Shown piece after piece: positions 39,439-49,132 of a stretch of 61,657 nucleotides of DNA. The stretch is from NCBI GenBank assembly GCA_035285865.1, contig JAYKHS010000002.1, positions 1 to 61,657 on the forward strand. Direction: 5' to 3'. The notes below the pieces were generated by a model. It searched no databases. It saw only the letters and a program-made list of their open reading frames with translations, and was not told the DNA's origin. The translations under genes and the position numbers were made by a program. Source of the stretch: Candidatus Sericytochromatia bacterium (GTDB taxonomy: Bacteria > Cyanobacteriota > Sericytochromatia > S15B-MN24 > VGJW01). Every line of letters begins with the position of its first letter. The stretch's first letter is position 1.

Positions 39439-39993
39439 TCAGAGTTTGCGGAAGTTGTTCCAGTGCCGCTGGGGGTCGGAGGGCATCCAGGGCGCGCTGT
39501 CGGCTGGCAAAGGCGCGCGTGTCGGGGCGCCGAGGAATCGGATAGACCGGTCGGCCAGGTTAAACTCCGCCTGCAGCGAGACGGGCCGCTCGGCGACGTA
39601 CTGTCCCAAGTGCTTGACGGACTCCTTGGCTGGCACGGAGAAGGACACCACGTCGCCCGACACCTTCCCCAGCTGGATGTCGCCCACGGGCGTGAAGTTC
39701 ATGAAGCGACTGTCAGCATCCAGCAATTGACGGATGAAAGCCGGCGCCTCCTCCACCGTGGGCTTGAGAAAACCTCCGCGGACCAGCAAGTCGCGCACCA
39801 GAGCGCCGACACCCCGAGCGGCGGGTGCTCCTTCGGCTTGCGCCAACCCCCGGGCCACCAGCTTCAGTTCATCCGCAGCCGGCCGCAGAACATCCTTGGT
39901 CACTTCGCTCACCACGGGTAGCAATCGCGCACCCGCTCGGGCAACAGCCCCGGACTTCGCCAGGGCCAGCGCCGCATTCTCCAATCCTGCCAC
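39439..39993 (-). CDS. Hypothetical protein
   Basis: GGAGG RBS, GC3-biased codons, fills the gap between neighbours. Confidence 0.7.
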   Translation of the reverse strand: MAGLENAALALAKSGAVARAGARLLPVVSEVTKDVLRPAADELKLVARGLAQAEGAPAARGVGALVRDLLVRGGFLKPTVEEAPAFIRQLLDADSRFMNFTPVGDIQLGKVSGDVVSFSVPAKESVKHLGQYVAERPVSLQAEFNLADRSIRFLGAPTRAPLPADSAPWMPSDPQRHWNNFRKL

Positions 39994-40138
39994 GTTCGTC
40001 CCTCCCCCGGATCGACTGTAACCACAGGGGATTCATCAGGACAAAATAGAAAACCGGCGCAACCTTTAATGTACAGAAAACATGCCTGCGGCCGGGTCGC
40101 GGGGCATTCGATCTGCCCGAGCCGGCGCGTTGACGAAG

Positions 40139-40654
40139 TCACAACTCGCGAAACGCGTTGCGGATACCGAACCAGTTCGCGGCGAGGTCGGTGCGCGAGA
40201 ATCCCGATCCGCCAAGGTCCATCACCTCCTTGGCGAGCCCGACGACGGCCGACATGCCCGAACCGACTCCGCGAGCGATCGATGCGGGCATCAACGGTAC
40301 CCGGGACACCTGCTCCGCCACCCAGGCGGCAAGCGCGGCGCTCAGGCAAGCGTGGGTGGTCCGGTCGGTACCGCCGGGCAGTTCGGGCGACACGAACGGT
40401 CGCTTCAGCGACGTGGCTGCCAGGGCAAGGTGGGCCTCGTACGCGAGCTGCTCGGCGTCCTCACGACGTCCGGAACGCACGAAGGCATCCCGCGTTTCCC
40501 GCAGGGCCGCGCCCCTGAGTTGACCGAGGTCCGCACCGGCAGTGACACGGGTCTCCAGCCGGCGAACCACCTCGGCGCGCGACGGCGTCCGGGTCCGGTC
40601 GAGAACCCAGCGCTCAAGCTTGTCGTTGACGCGAGACATGGCCACATGGGACAT
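40139..40654 (-). CDS. YfiM/DUF2279-like protein
   Basis: D...H...SA.L...GLAKE..D...GSGFS..DLAA..FG pattern; start 40654 or 40639. Confidence 0.55.
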   Translation of the reverse strand: MSHVAMSRVNDKLERWVLDRTRTPSRAEVVRRLETRVTAGADLGQLRGAALRETRDAFVRSGRREDAEQLAYEAHLALAATSLKRPFVSPELPGGTDRTTHACLSAALAAWVAEQVSRVPLMPASIARGVGSGMSAVVGLAKEVMDLGGSGFSRTDLAANWFGIRNAFREL

Positions 40655-40725
40655 CGGCCGGGAAGTGTCCTGCCTCGCCCAAGAAAGCGTAAATTGATGG
40701 TGAAATTCAAGGACAGGAGCGCCCC

Positions 40726-41244
40726 ATGCCCCATCGCCTTCCCCCGTTGCCCGAGGACCGCCCGGCCAAGGTCCTCTTCGTCTGCCTCGGGAACATCTGC
40801 CGCTCCCCCCTTGCCGAAGGCCTGTTCCGCCATCACGTGGAACGTGCCGGCCTCGGTGCACGCTTCGTCATCGATTCGGCAGGCACGGGAGGCTGGCATG
40901 CGGGCGAACCGCCTCATCCCGGTTCCCGGGCAGTCGCGAGGCGGCGCGGGCGCGACATCTCGGACCAGCGAGCACGTCAGGTCACGGCGGCCGACCTCGT
41001 CGACTTCGACCTGATCGCCGTGATGGACGCGCAGAACCTGCGCGACATGCAGGCGCTGGCCAACGGCCGGGCGAGCACCGCCGTGCTGGCCCGCCTGCTG
41101 GATCTTGCCCCCTCGGACCATAGGCGTGACGTACCCGACCCTTACGGCGAGCCTGACGCCGCCTTCGACGACGTCTACGACCTGCTGGACGGCAGCACGT
41201 CGGCGTTGCTGGAGGCCTGGCGGGCGATTCCCGCCGAAGTCTGA
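40726..41244 (+). CDS. Low-molecular-weight protein-tyrosine phosphatase
   Basis: [14 protein letters not shown]-loop, DSAGT..WH.G, VPDPY. Confidence 0.95.
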   Translation: MPHRLPPLPEDRPAKVLFVCLGNICRSPLAEGLFRHHVERAGLGARFVIDSAGTGGWHAGEPPHPGSRAVARRRGRDISDQRARQVTAADLVDFDLIAVMDAQNLRDMQALANGRASTAVLARLLDLAPSDHRRDVPDPYGEPDAAFDDVYDLLDGSTSALLEAWRAIPAEV

Positions 41245-42251
41245 CCGCGGGCGCGGGCCAGCGAGAGGGCGGTGTCTTCGATCATGTCCTCCTGCCCCCC
41301 GACCAGTCGCCGCCGCCCCAGTTCCACGAGCAGTTCACGGGCGGGAATGCCGTAGCGCGCTTCTGCACGGCGCGCGAAGAGCAGGAAGGACGAGTAAACC
41401 CCCGCATAGCCGAGGGTGAGGGCCTCACGGTCGATGCGGATAGGCTGATCCATGATGGGCAGGACCAGATCCTCCGCGACGTCCTGAATGGCAAATACGT
41501 CGACTCCGGTCTCGATGCCGCTCAGGGCACAGACCGCCACCATGACCTCCATGGGCGTGTTGCCGGCTCCGGCGCCAAGGCCGGCGGCAGCGGCGTCGAT
41601 GCGGGTTGCCCCTTCCTCGATGGCAGCCAGAGAGTTGGCCACGGCCATCGAAAGATTGTTGTGGCCGTGAAAGCCGATCTCGGTGGCCGGGTCCAGCCGC
41701 TCGCGCAGCAGGGCGATGCGCGCGCGGACCGCATCGGGCAACATGTGGCCGGCGGAATCCGTGCAATAGACGCAACGCGCCCCGTAAGCCTCCATCTTGA
41801 GCGCCTGCGCGACCATGGCCTCGGGTTCGGCCATGTGGGCCATCATCAGGAACCCGACTGCATCCATCCCGAGATCCCGAGCAAGGCCGAGATGCTGCTC
41901 GGAAATATCCGCCTCGGTGACGTGGGTGGCCACGCGAATCGTCCGAACCCCTGCCTCGTGCGCCATCCGCAGGTCATCGGCGGTGCCGATGCCCGGAATC
42001 AGCAGAGCCGAGCAGCGAGCCTGCCTGAGGCGAGGGACGACATGTTCCAGATAGGTCCGGTCACTGTGCAGCGGAAAGCCATAATTGACGGAGGCGCCAC
42101 CCAAGCCATCGCCGTGCGTGACCTCGATCAGCGGCACGCCTGCGGCATCCAGACCCTCGGCGATCGTCGCCATCTGGTCCAGAGTGATGCGATGCCGCTT
42201 GGGATGCATGCCATCGCGCAGCGTCATGTCGTGCAGGGCGATGCGGGTCAT
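41175..42251 (-). CDS. dmpG: 4-hydroxy-2-oxovalerate aldolase
   Basis: [49 protein letters not shown]; 70-bp convergent overlap with the phosphatase. Confidence 0.96.
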   Translation of the reverse strand: MTRIALHDMTLRDGMHPKRHRITLDQMATIAEGLDAAGVPLIEVTHGDGLGGASVNYGFPLHSDRTYLEHVVPRLRQARCSALLIPGIGTADDLRMAHEAGVRTIRVATHVTEADISEQHLGLARDLGMDAVGFLMMAHMAEPEAMVAQALKMEAYGARCVYCTDSAGHMLPDAVRARIALLRERLDPATEIGFHGHNNLSMAVANSLAAIEEGATRIDAAAAGLGAGAGNTPMEVMVAVCALSGIETGVDVFAIQDVAEDLVLPIMDQPIRIDREALTLGYAGVYSSFLLFARRAEARYGIPARELLVELGRRRLVGGQEDMIEDTALSLARARGQTSAGIARQASSNADVLPSSRS

Positions 42252-43135
42252 GCCCGGACCTCCGATCGCGTCAGGGAACGGACCATGGCCTCGCCTGTCG
42301 CCACGGCGGCACAGGTCATGATGTCCAGATTGCCGGCATAGGTCGGCAGGTGGTCGCCCAGACCCTCGACCTCAAGGAAAATCGACACGCGGCATTCCTC
42401 GAAGACCGGTCCATTGACGATGCGGTAGCCCGGCACATAGGCCCGTACGGCTTCCTGCATGGCCTGAACGGAAGCGCGGATGGCCGCGACGTCGGGATCG
42501 CCTTCGAGGATGCAGTGGACCGTGTCCCGCATCATCATCGGCGGCTCCGCCGGGTTCAGGATGATGATCGCCTTGCCTGTCCCGGCCCCTCCCACCGAGA
42601 CCAGGGCGTCAGCGGTCGTACGGGTGAACTCGTCGATGTTCCGACGGGTGCCGGGACCGGCCGACCGCGAGGCCACGGTCGCCACAATCTCGGCATAGGC
42701 CACGTTCTGGACGCGGGAAACCGCGTGAACCATCGGGATGGTGGCCTGGCCGCCGCACGTCACCATGTTCACGTTCCCGAGGCCTCGATCGAGCAAGGCG
42801 TCCAGATTCACCGGGGGCACGCAATGAGGCCCCACGGCGGCTGGCGTCAGGTCAACCGTCAGGATGCCGCGCTCCGCCAGTGCCTGCGCGTGGGCCGGAT
42901 GGGCATGGGCCGAGGTCGCATCGAAGGCTATCCGTACTTCGTGCGCGTGGGGCAAGAAACCCTCGAGTCCGGCATCCGTGGTCCGAAGTCCCATCGACCG
43001 CGCCCGCGCGAGACCCTCGGACTCGGGATCGATGCCCACCATCCAGACGGGCTCCAGAATCGGACTGCGGGCCAGCTTGACCAACAGGTCCGTACCGATG
43101 AGGCCGGACCCAATCAGGACACAAGGAATGCGCAC
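42248..43135 (-). CDS. dmpF: Acetaldehyde dehydrogenase (acylating)
   Basis: [48 protein letters not shown]; probable GTG start 43135. Confidence 0.95.
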   Translation of the reverse strand: MRIPCVLIGSGLIGTDLLVKLARSPILEPVWMVGIDPESEGLARARSMGLRTTDAGLEGFLPHAHEVRIAFDATSAHAHPAHAQALAERGILTVDLTPAAVGPHCVPPVNLDALLDRGLGNVNMVTCGGQATIPMVHAVSRVQNVAYAEIVATVASRSAGPGTRRNIDEFTRTTADALVSVGGAGTGKAIIILNPAEPPMMMRDTVHCILEGDPDVAAIRASVQAMQEAVRAYVPGYRIVNGPVFEECRVSIFLEVEGLGDHLPTYAGNLDIMTCAAVATGEAMVRSLTRSEVRA

Positions 43136-43332
43136 GGCGCGAAGTGCCTCGATGACAGCGCGAAGGCGCTTGAAACGGGAGCGGGAGCAACATCCTCGTT
43201 GCCCTGCAGAACATGATACTGCCCCCGGCGCCCAGACCGGGCAAACACCGGCCCATGCGGTGCGCAACCGCCGTCCAGGCGGTAAGATTGACTCATCCCC
43301 ACCACCTTGCAGCCTGCTCCCTGGAGAAGCCG

Positions 43333-44073
43333 ATGTCCCTGACCGAGGTCCTTGCCCTCATCGCATTCCTTTCGGCCGTCCCCCTCGTGATCCTCGGCTT
43401 TGCCAAGCTGCGCGACCTGCCGGCAGACGCAACGGTCGACAACGGCCTCAAGGCCTGGATCGTGGTGCCTCTGGCGCTGGCGCTCGGCTCGGGTGCCGTC
43501 ATCCGCCAGGAAGAGATGGCCCGTGACCCCAAGCGCTTCGAAGCCCCTGCCGAGCATGGCCATGAGCCAGCCGGCGAGGAAGCGGCTGCGGGGCACGAAA
43601 GTGCTGCCGAACACGACTCAGCCGCTGAGCACGAGGAGACCAAGGCCGAAGAAAGCTCTGTGGGCGCTGCCGGTAGCGAATCGGCAACCAGCGAGGCCAC
43701 GGCCGACGAGGGGGCCGCGCCCCCGGCGGCCGCAGAACCCGCCGCCGCGACTGCCGCACTGGACGGCAAGGCGCTGTACGAAACCAACTGCGCCGCGTGT
43801 CACCAGCCCACCGGGCAGGGCATTCCGGGAGCGTTCCCCCCTATCGCGGGTAGCGAGTATGCCAATGGTTCGGCCGACAAGCAGATCACGATAGTCCTGA
43901 AGGGCCTGTCAGGCCCCATCAAGGTCAAAGGTCAGACCTACAACGGCCAGATGGCGGCGTTCGGGGACAGGTTGAGCGACGACCAGATCGCCGCCATCGT
44001 GACCTACGAGCGCACCAGCTGGGGCAATTCGGGCGGGGCCGTCACGGCCGCGGACGTCAAGAAGCTGCGCTGA
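43333..44073 (+). CDS. Membrane-anchored monoheme cytochrome c with an acidic His-rich linker
   Basis: Two N-terminal TM segments, E/A/H-rich linker, CAACH, G.G.PGAFPP, YNGQM axial Met, LSD..IA...TY.R.SWGN; GGAG RBS. Confidence 0.92.
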   Translation: MSLTEVLALIAFLSAVPLVILGFAKLRDLPADATVDNGLKAWIVVPLALALGSGAVIRQEEMARDPKRFEAPAEHGHEPAGEEAAAGHESAAEHDSAAEHEETKAEESSVGAAGSESATSEATADEGAAPPAAAEPAAATAALDGKALYETNCAACHQPTGQGIPGAFPPIAGSEYANGSADKQITIVLKGLSGPIKVKGQTYNGQMAAFGDRLSDDQIAAIVTYERTSWGNSGGAVTAADVKKLR

Positions 44074-44125
44074 GCCAGGCGCTCGTCACTCTGGGGTCAC
44101 GCGCCGGCTGGCGGGTGGCCCTTGA

Positions 44126-44923
44126 TCATGGGCCCTTGGGCTTTCCCTTGCCGAGATAGCCCGTCCCCCCGGTGGCTCCGCTGCGGCCAGTCAGGGCCTT
44201 GAGGTGCTGGAAGATCTGGGCCTGGACGGCCGTGTGTTGCTGCATCCTCGCGCGGATGTCGGCAAGCATGGTCGGTACACGTCGATCGCGCAGGGCAGTC
44301 CGCAACTCCTGATCCAGCTGCGCCAGAACAGCCTGGCGATAGGTACGCTCCTCGGTCAGCAGCCGATAGAGGTCTTGCCGCTCCTCGAGCGAGAGCTTTC
44401 CGAATCCGCTGGACACGGCCCGTCTCAGCGTTGCCATGCGCCCCGCCGAAGCGGCAGCCTGCATCTGCAGCCAAGCAGCATCCTGCATCGCCGCACCTTG
44501 GGCGGAGTCAGTTCGGGAGTAGTCCGAAGCCGAAACCGCATCCTTCCTAAGGCCCAGGGAAAGTTCGTCCGTGCGCAGCGGCTGGGTGGAGCCGCGCCTC
44601 GCCCCACCGTTTCCCGGACCCGTTGCGCGCGGCGGCAGCGCACTGGGTTCCTGTGGCGGAGGCGAAGGATCACCGCCCGGGGGTTGCGCGAGGGGAGCCG
44701 TCGGCTCGTGGGCCACTTGCCGCGCGGCATCGGCGACAGCCGCAGCGGCATCCGCGATGGCCTCTGCAGTAGGCTTCACGAAGAGATTGCGAAGTATGGT
44801 GCTGGCCTTGCCCAGCGGAGTGGCCGCCAGCGCAGGGTTCACCACCAGACCACTGGAGGAGTCCGCAGGAGAGGAGCCTGCGGGCGCAGAACCCGAAGTG
44901 ACGCTCGGCGGTTGCTGGTCCAT
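44126..44923 (-). CDS. Hypothetical protein, disordered N-terminal half and helical/coiled-coil C-terminus
   Basis: 265-aa ORF filling the gap between SCO and cytochrome c; no recognisable domain. Confidence 0.6.
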   Translation of the reverse strand: MDQQPPSVTSGSAPAGSSPADSSSGLVVNPALAATPLGKASTILRNLFVKPTAEAIADAAAAVADAARQVAHEPTAPLAQPPGGDPSPPPQEPSALPPRATGPGNGGARRGSTQPLRTDELSLGLRKDAVSASDYSRTDSAQGAAMQDAAWLQMQAAASAGRMATLRRAVSSGFGKLSLEERQDLYRLLTEERTYRQAVLAQLDQELRTALRDRRVPTMLADIRARMQQHTAVQAQIFQHLKALTGRSGATGGTGYLGKGKPKGP

Positions 44924-44986
44924 GGTGCTTGGGGCTATGTACCAAGAACAGTAGCAGACCTCTCACAAACGGCGGAGGGCAGCAGG

Positions 44987-45592
44987 CTATTCCCCGAGCA
45001 GCACCCGCGTGTCGGCGACAAGGCGATCCAGGCCATCGTCGTCCGGACGGTAGAAGCCACGAATCTCGCCCTTGCGATCGACGAGCACGAAGTGGCGCCC
45101 GTGGGTCACAGGAGGCTTGATTGCATGATGAGCGTGCTGGCCGTGGCCGGCATGGGCAGAGTAAGGGTTGTCGGCAGCGATGCCGGCGTGGATCTTGAAG
45201 GCACGGGCCAGCTTTACCATCGCCGGCTCATTGCCGGTGGTCAGGAAAGACCAATTCCCGAGATCCGCTCCATGCTGAAGCGCAAAGGACTTGAGACGGA
45301 CCGGGGTATCACGGACCGGATCGACGGAGAGGGAAGCGAACGCCAGTTCATCGGAGTGACCGAGGCGCCTCTGCGCCTGGCGCATCACCCGAGTCATGCC
45401 GGGACAGACATCCTTGCAGGTCGTGAAGATGAAGTCGGCGACCCAAACCTTGCCCGAGAGCGATGCACTGGCAAAGGGCCTGCCATCCTGATCCGTGACC
45501 CGAAAGACAGGGGCCTTGCCGAGCGCAGGCAGATCTGAAGGCGCAAGCAGAACAGCCGCCAGCAAGGGCCCCAGCATGTGCAACACGATCAA
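44987..45592 (-). CDS. SCO1/SenC copper chaperone
   Basis: DFIFTTCKDVCP (CxxxC), SVDP..DT, conserved H..F.LVD..G.IRG.Y, plus a His-rich insertion. Confidence 0.93.
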   Translation of the reverse strand: MIVLHMLGPLLAAVLLAPSDLPALGKAPVFRVTDQDGRPFASASLSGKVWVADFIFTTCKDVCPGMTRVMRQAQRRLGHSDELAFASLSVDPVRDTPVRLKSFALQHGADLGNWSFLTTGNEPAMVKLARAFKIHAGIAADNPYSAHAGHGQHAHHAIKPPVTHGRHFVLVDRKGEIRGFYRPDDDGLDRLVADTRVLLGE

Positions 45593-45795
45593 GCCGAGCG
45601 GCGATTCTGGCGTCGGACCCAGAGCACCAGGGAAACCCCGGCCGTCAGTTGCACGGCAGAGACCAGAACTCCTGCGATGAGGTAGGCTTGGCCATTGCGC
45701 GCGCTACCCAGCGGGCATACCGTACACGCCTCGGCCACGCCGGGCAGCACCAGCGCAAGCAACAGGGCGGAGAAGACGTAAACGACGGTCTTCAC
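45589..45795 (-). CDS. Small 68-aa membrane protein with signal peptide followed by a CxxC motif
   Basis: MKTVVYVF...VAEA-CTVC...TM-RRQ; GTGA overlap with the upstream stop and TTGA overlap with SCO. Confidence 0.7.
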   Translation of the reverse strand: MKTVVYVFSALLLALVLPGVAEACTVCPLGSARNGQAYLIAGVLVSAVQLTAGVSLVLWVRRQNRRSA

Positions 45796-46391
45796 AGCAG
45801 GTACACCAGGACGTAAAGCACCGGCCACACGAGCACGACGAAGCCCCAGAACAAGCTGGCAGCAACGAGACCACCCTTGCCGAGTGCCCCCTTCCGCGCC
45901 TGAGCCACGGCCCAGACCAGACCGCCCAGGGCCACCAATGCGTGAGCCGCATGCATCCCGACCAGCAGGTAGAAGAACGAAGCGTGGGTGCTGTACGAGA
46001 GCGTCAGGCCCTCGCGGATCAACCCCTGCCACTCGACGCCCTGAACACCCAGGAACACGGCACCCAGAACTGCCGCTGCGGTGAGCAGACCGACGAAGGA
46101 AGGGCGACCCGCGCCGTGCGCGCGATTGGCAAGCAAAGCCAGGACACCGCTGGCAAGCAGCGCCAAGGTATTGACGCCCGTGACCTCCACGGGAAAGCGG
46201 GGTTGGCCAGGCGGAGGCCAAGCCCCGGGATTCGCACTCTCGCCAACGATGAACGCGGCGACAAGCCCCGAGAAGAAGAGCATCTCGCAGATGATGGCCA
46301 GCACCATCCCGAAGACCGCATGCGGAATGGCCGGTTCGGGACGTTCCGGACGCGCCGATACGGGTCGGGAAAGGGTACCCTCGACAGCCAT
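45792..46391 (-). CDS. Heme-copper oxidase subunit III-like (second copy)
   Basis: GM.L.I..E..FF, NT..LL.S, LG.VFL..Q..EW, FY.L.G.H..H, FW.FV..VW; start ATG 46391. Confidence 0.88.
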   Translation of the reverse strand: MAVEGTLSRPVSARPERPEPAIPHAVFGMVLAIICEMLFFSGLVAAFIVGESANPGAWPPPGQPRFPVEVTGVNTLALLASGVLALLANRAHGAGRPSFVGLLTAAAVLGAVFLGVQGVEWQGLIREGLTLSYSTHASFFYLLVGMHAAHALVALGGLVWAVAQARKGALGKGGLVAASLFWGFVVLVWPVLYVLVYLL

Positions 46392-46404
46392 GGTTCCAGC
46401 CTCT

Positions 46405-46788
46405 CTAGTGATGCGCCTCGACACCCGTGCCACGCGGCTTCAGCGGATCGACGGGACGCTCGATGTGCGCCGGAGCATTTGCGGAAGGGTTCTTCCAGTT
46501 ATTGCCTTCATGGTTCATCACGTCGGGAGACACCATGAAGAAGAACATGAACATGCCCGCAAGCCCCATGATGCAGAGGTAAGGGATGTAGCGGGGTTCA
46601 AGATGTACATGCATCCACGTGGTCACGGCGAACCAGGTGCTGGTCAGCATGACGACGAGCGACACCGTGATGGCAAGCCAGCCGAGGCCCGTCTGCTGAG
46701 CTGCCAGGCTCATCAGCGGCAGAGAAACCAGAATCGCCCAGATCCGCCAATACTTGCGCTCTTCGAGCGCCGCTGCTTCGTTGCTCAT
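46405..46788 (-). CDS. Cytochrome c oxidase subunit IV-like (CtaF/CyoD family)
   Basis: Y..IW..L, three TM segments, WMHV..E motif; lies between the two subunit III genes. Confidence 0.7.
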   Translation of the reverse strand: MSNEAAALEERKYWRIWAILVSLPLMSLAAQQTGLGWLAITVSLVVMLTSTWFAVTTWMHVHLEPRYIPYLCIMGLAGMFMFFFMVSPDVMNHEGNNWKNPSANAPAHIERPVDPLKPRGTGVEAHH

Positions 46789-46794
46789 GGCCAC

Positions 46795-47370
46795 CTACCT
46801 GATGATGTAGAAGATGTGGAAGAGGAAGAACCACACCACGTCGACGAAGTGCCAGTAGATGCCGATGAGCTCTACGCGACCGAGATGCTTGCCCTTTTCG
46901 GCCTGGGCGGCGATGGCCAGCAGGATGGCGACACCTGCCAGGATGTGGATGGCATGCAGGCCCGTCGCCGAGAAGTAATACCCGTAGAAGGTACCCGTCT
47001 GCGGCACATGATCGTGCGATATCTTGGTGTACCACTCATAGGCCTTGATGCACAGGAAGACGAGGCCGCCATAGGCCGCAAGGCGCAGTCGTGCAGCGGC
47101 CAGAGGCCCGTTGCCACGCTCGGCTGCTGCGTGGGCCAGCATCGCGAAGAGGCTGGAAGTCACCAGCAAGGCGGTGTTGAAGGTACCGATCCAGACATTG
47201 AGTCCGGCCGTCATCTGGGCCCAATCCGGATGACCGATGCGATGCATCAGGTATGAGGCCAGGATGCCCCCGAAGATGGGAATTTCAGAGGCGATGACCA
47301 TCCACACCGCGAGCTTGCCCGTGGGCATGCCCGCAGCGCTACGGCCGGTGGCGATGATCTGACCGCTCAA
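46795..47370 (-). CDS. coxC: Heme-copper oxidase subunit III (first copy)
   Basis: W..IASE..FG, NT.LL.TSS, K.YEW, TGLH..H..G, YWHFVDVVW; TTGA overlap with coxA. Confidence 0.92.
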   Translation of the reverse strand: MSGQIIATGRSAAGMPTGKLAVWMVIASEIPIFGGILASYLMHRIGHPDWAQMTAGLNVWIGTFNTALLVTSSLFAMLAHAAAERGNGPLAAARLRLAAYGGLVFLCIKAYEWYTKISHDHVPQTGTFYGYYFSATGLHAIHILAGVAILLAIAAQAEKGKHLGRVELIGIYWHFVDVVWFFLFHIFYIIR

Positions 47371-49121
47371 TGTGCACCCTCCGGCTGAACGCTGCCCTGA
47401 CCGGCAGGAGGCTCGTCCTGCGGCCAGAAGTCGGACTCACGATCGGGATGGCTGTACTCGTAGGGTCCACGGTAGACCGTGGGCATCACGGCAAAGTTGC
47501 CATGCGGCGGGGGCGAAGGACAACGCCACTCGAGCGTGTTGGCCCCGTAGGGATTGTCCTCGGCCTTGCGGCCCTTGTACATCGACCAGAAGAAGTTGGC
47601 GAAGAACAGGATCTGCGCCACGCCCATGATCGCCGTCGCAACCGAAGAAATCTCGCGAAGCAGGATGCGATCCGGCGTCATCAGATCCGGGAAGTTCGTG
47701 AAGCTGTAGATACGGCGATGGTCTCCCATGATGCCGGTGAAGAACAGCGGCATCCAGATGAAGTTGAACGAGATGATGGTGATCCAGAAATGGAGCTTGC
47801 CAAGCCCCTCGTTCAGATGCCTGCCGAACATCTTGGGGAACCAGTAGGTGAGTCCCGCGAAGCTGCCGATGATGGCGATCGGGAAGAAGGTGTAGTGGAA
47901 GTGGGCAAGCACGAAGTACGTGTCGTGGAAGTGGATGTCCGCACCACTGGCGCCCAGGAAGATACCCGTGACGCCGCCGACGAGGAACTCGGCCACGAAG
48001 GACAGGGCCCACAGCATCGGAACCGTGAACTGGATCGAGCTGCGGTACAGGGTCGCGATGAAGACGAACATGATCTCGGCGATGGGAATCGAGATCAGCA
48101 CCGTCGTCGCGGCGAACACGTTGGCCATCCGGGGATCGATGCCCGAAATGAACTGGTGGTGCGCCCAGACGAAGAAGGACAGACAGGCCGTGCCGATGGA
48201 CGAATACAGCAGCGTCCGATACCCGAAGAGCTTCTTGCGGGAGAACACGGGCAGGATCTCTGCCAGGAAGCCCAAGGCGGGCAGCAGCACCACGTACACC
48301 TCGGGGTGACCGAAGAACCAGAACAGGTGCTGCCAAAGGACGGGGTCGCCGCCCGTGCGGGGATCGAAGAAGTGGGTGCCGAAGTTCTGGTCCATGATGA
48401 GCATCACGGAACCCGCGATCAGCGGCCCGACCGACATCATGAACATCACGCTCGCGATGACGATCATCCAGACGGCCATCGGCACGTCCTCGAACTTCAT
48501 GCCGGGCGCCCGGGCGTTCATGGCCGTGACGATGAAGTTGATGCCGCCCATCAGGAAGGCCACGAACTCGACGGCGACGGCCACGACCCACAACGTGGAG
48601 CCACTGGGCGTCAGGTTGAACTGAGAGCCCGCCGACAGGGGGGGATAGGCCGTCCAGGCACCGCCGAAGCCGCCGCCCGGAACGAAGAACGACCAGATCA
48701 GGATGATCGACGAGATCAGGAAGACCTGATAGGACGCTCGATTCAGACGCGGAAACACCATGTCGTCCGCCCCGACCATCAACGGGATCAGGTAGTTGCC
48801 GAACGCCGCCAGCAGGACGGGCATCGCCACGAAGAAGATCATGATGGTCCCGTGCTGGGTGATCATCATGTTGTAGCTGGCCGGCGTCACGACGCCGAAG
48901 AACGGGACAGGCTGATTCGGGAAGGCCAACTGCCAACGGAAGACGTAGGCAAAGAAGCCCCCGATGAGCGCCATGAAAAGACCTGTGATCAGGTACTGCT
49001 TGGCGATCATCTTGTGGTCGGTGGACCAGCAGTACTTGAGGAACCAGTGCTCCTCATGATGGGCGTCATGATGCCCATGCGAGTCGGAATGGCCGTGGGC
49101 GGCGATGGAATGCGAAGCCAT
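47367..49121 (-). CDS. coxA: Cytochrome c oxidase subunit I, A-family (GHPEVY), with an atypical helix VIII
   Basis: TDHK, HGTIMIFF, DMVFPRLN, WFFGHPEVY, WAHH, HDTYFVLAHFHY, RRIY; all six His ligands and the cross-linked Tyr present. Confidence 0.97.
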   Translation of the reverse strand: MASHSIAAHGHSDSHGHHDAHHEEHWFLKYCWSTDHKMIAKQYLITGLFMALIGGFFAYVFRWQLAFPNQPVPFFGVVTPASYNMMITQHGTIMIFFVAMPVLLAAFGNYLIPLMVGADDMVFPRLNRASYQVFLISSIILIWSFFVPGGGFGGAWTAYPPLSAGSQFNLTPSGSTLWVVAVAVEFVAFLMGGINFIVTAMNARAPGMKFEDVPMAVWMIVIASVMFMMSVGPLIAGSVMLIMDQNFGTHFFDPRTGGDPVLWQHLFWFFGHPEVYVVLLPALGFLAEILPVFSRKKLFGYRTLLYSSIGTACLSFFVWAHHQFISGIDPRMANVFAATTVLISIPIAEIMFVFIATLYRSSIQFTVPMLWALSFVAEFLVGGVTGIFLGASGADIHFHDTYFVLAHFHYTFFPIAIIGSFAGLTYWFPKMFGRHLNEGLGKLHFWITIISFNFIWMPLFFTGIMGDHRRIYSFTNFPDLMTPDRILLREISSVATAIMGVAQILFFANFFWSMYKGRKAEDNPYGANTLEWRCPSPPPHGNFAVMPTVYRGPYEYSHPDRESDFWPQDEPPAGQGSVQPEGAH

Positions 49122-49132
49122 TGACGGAACCT

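Noticed and set aside
47367..49121. CoxA as a typical nitric oxide reductase
   Set aside because: It retains the HPEVY tyrosine, three CuB histidines and D-channel residues, and has a Cox11 partner; described NORs replace the Tyr. NO activity is left only as something to test.
47370..49124. 584-aa plus-strand ORF mirroring coxA
   Set aside because: In-register antisense frame of a strongly GC3-biased gene; no independent evidence.
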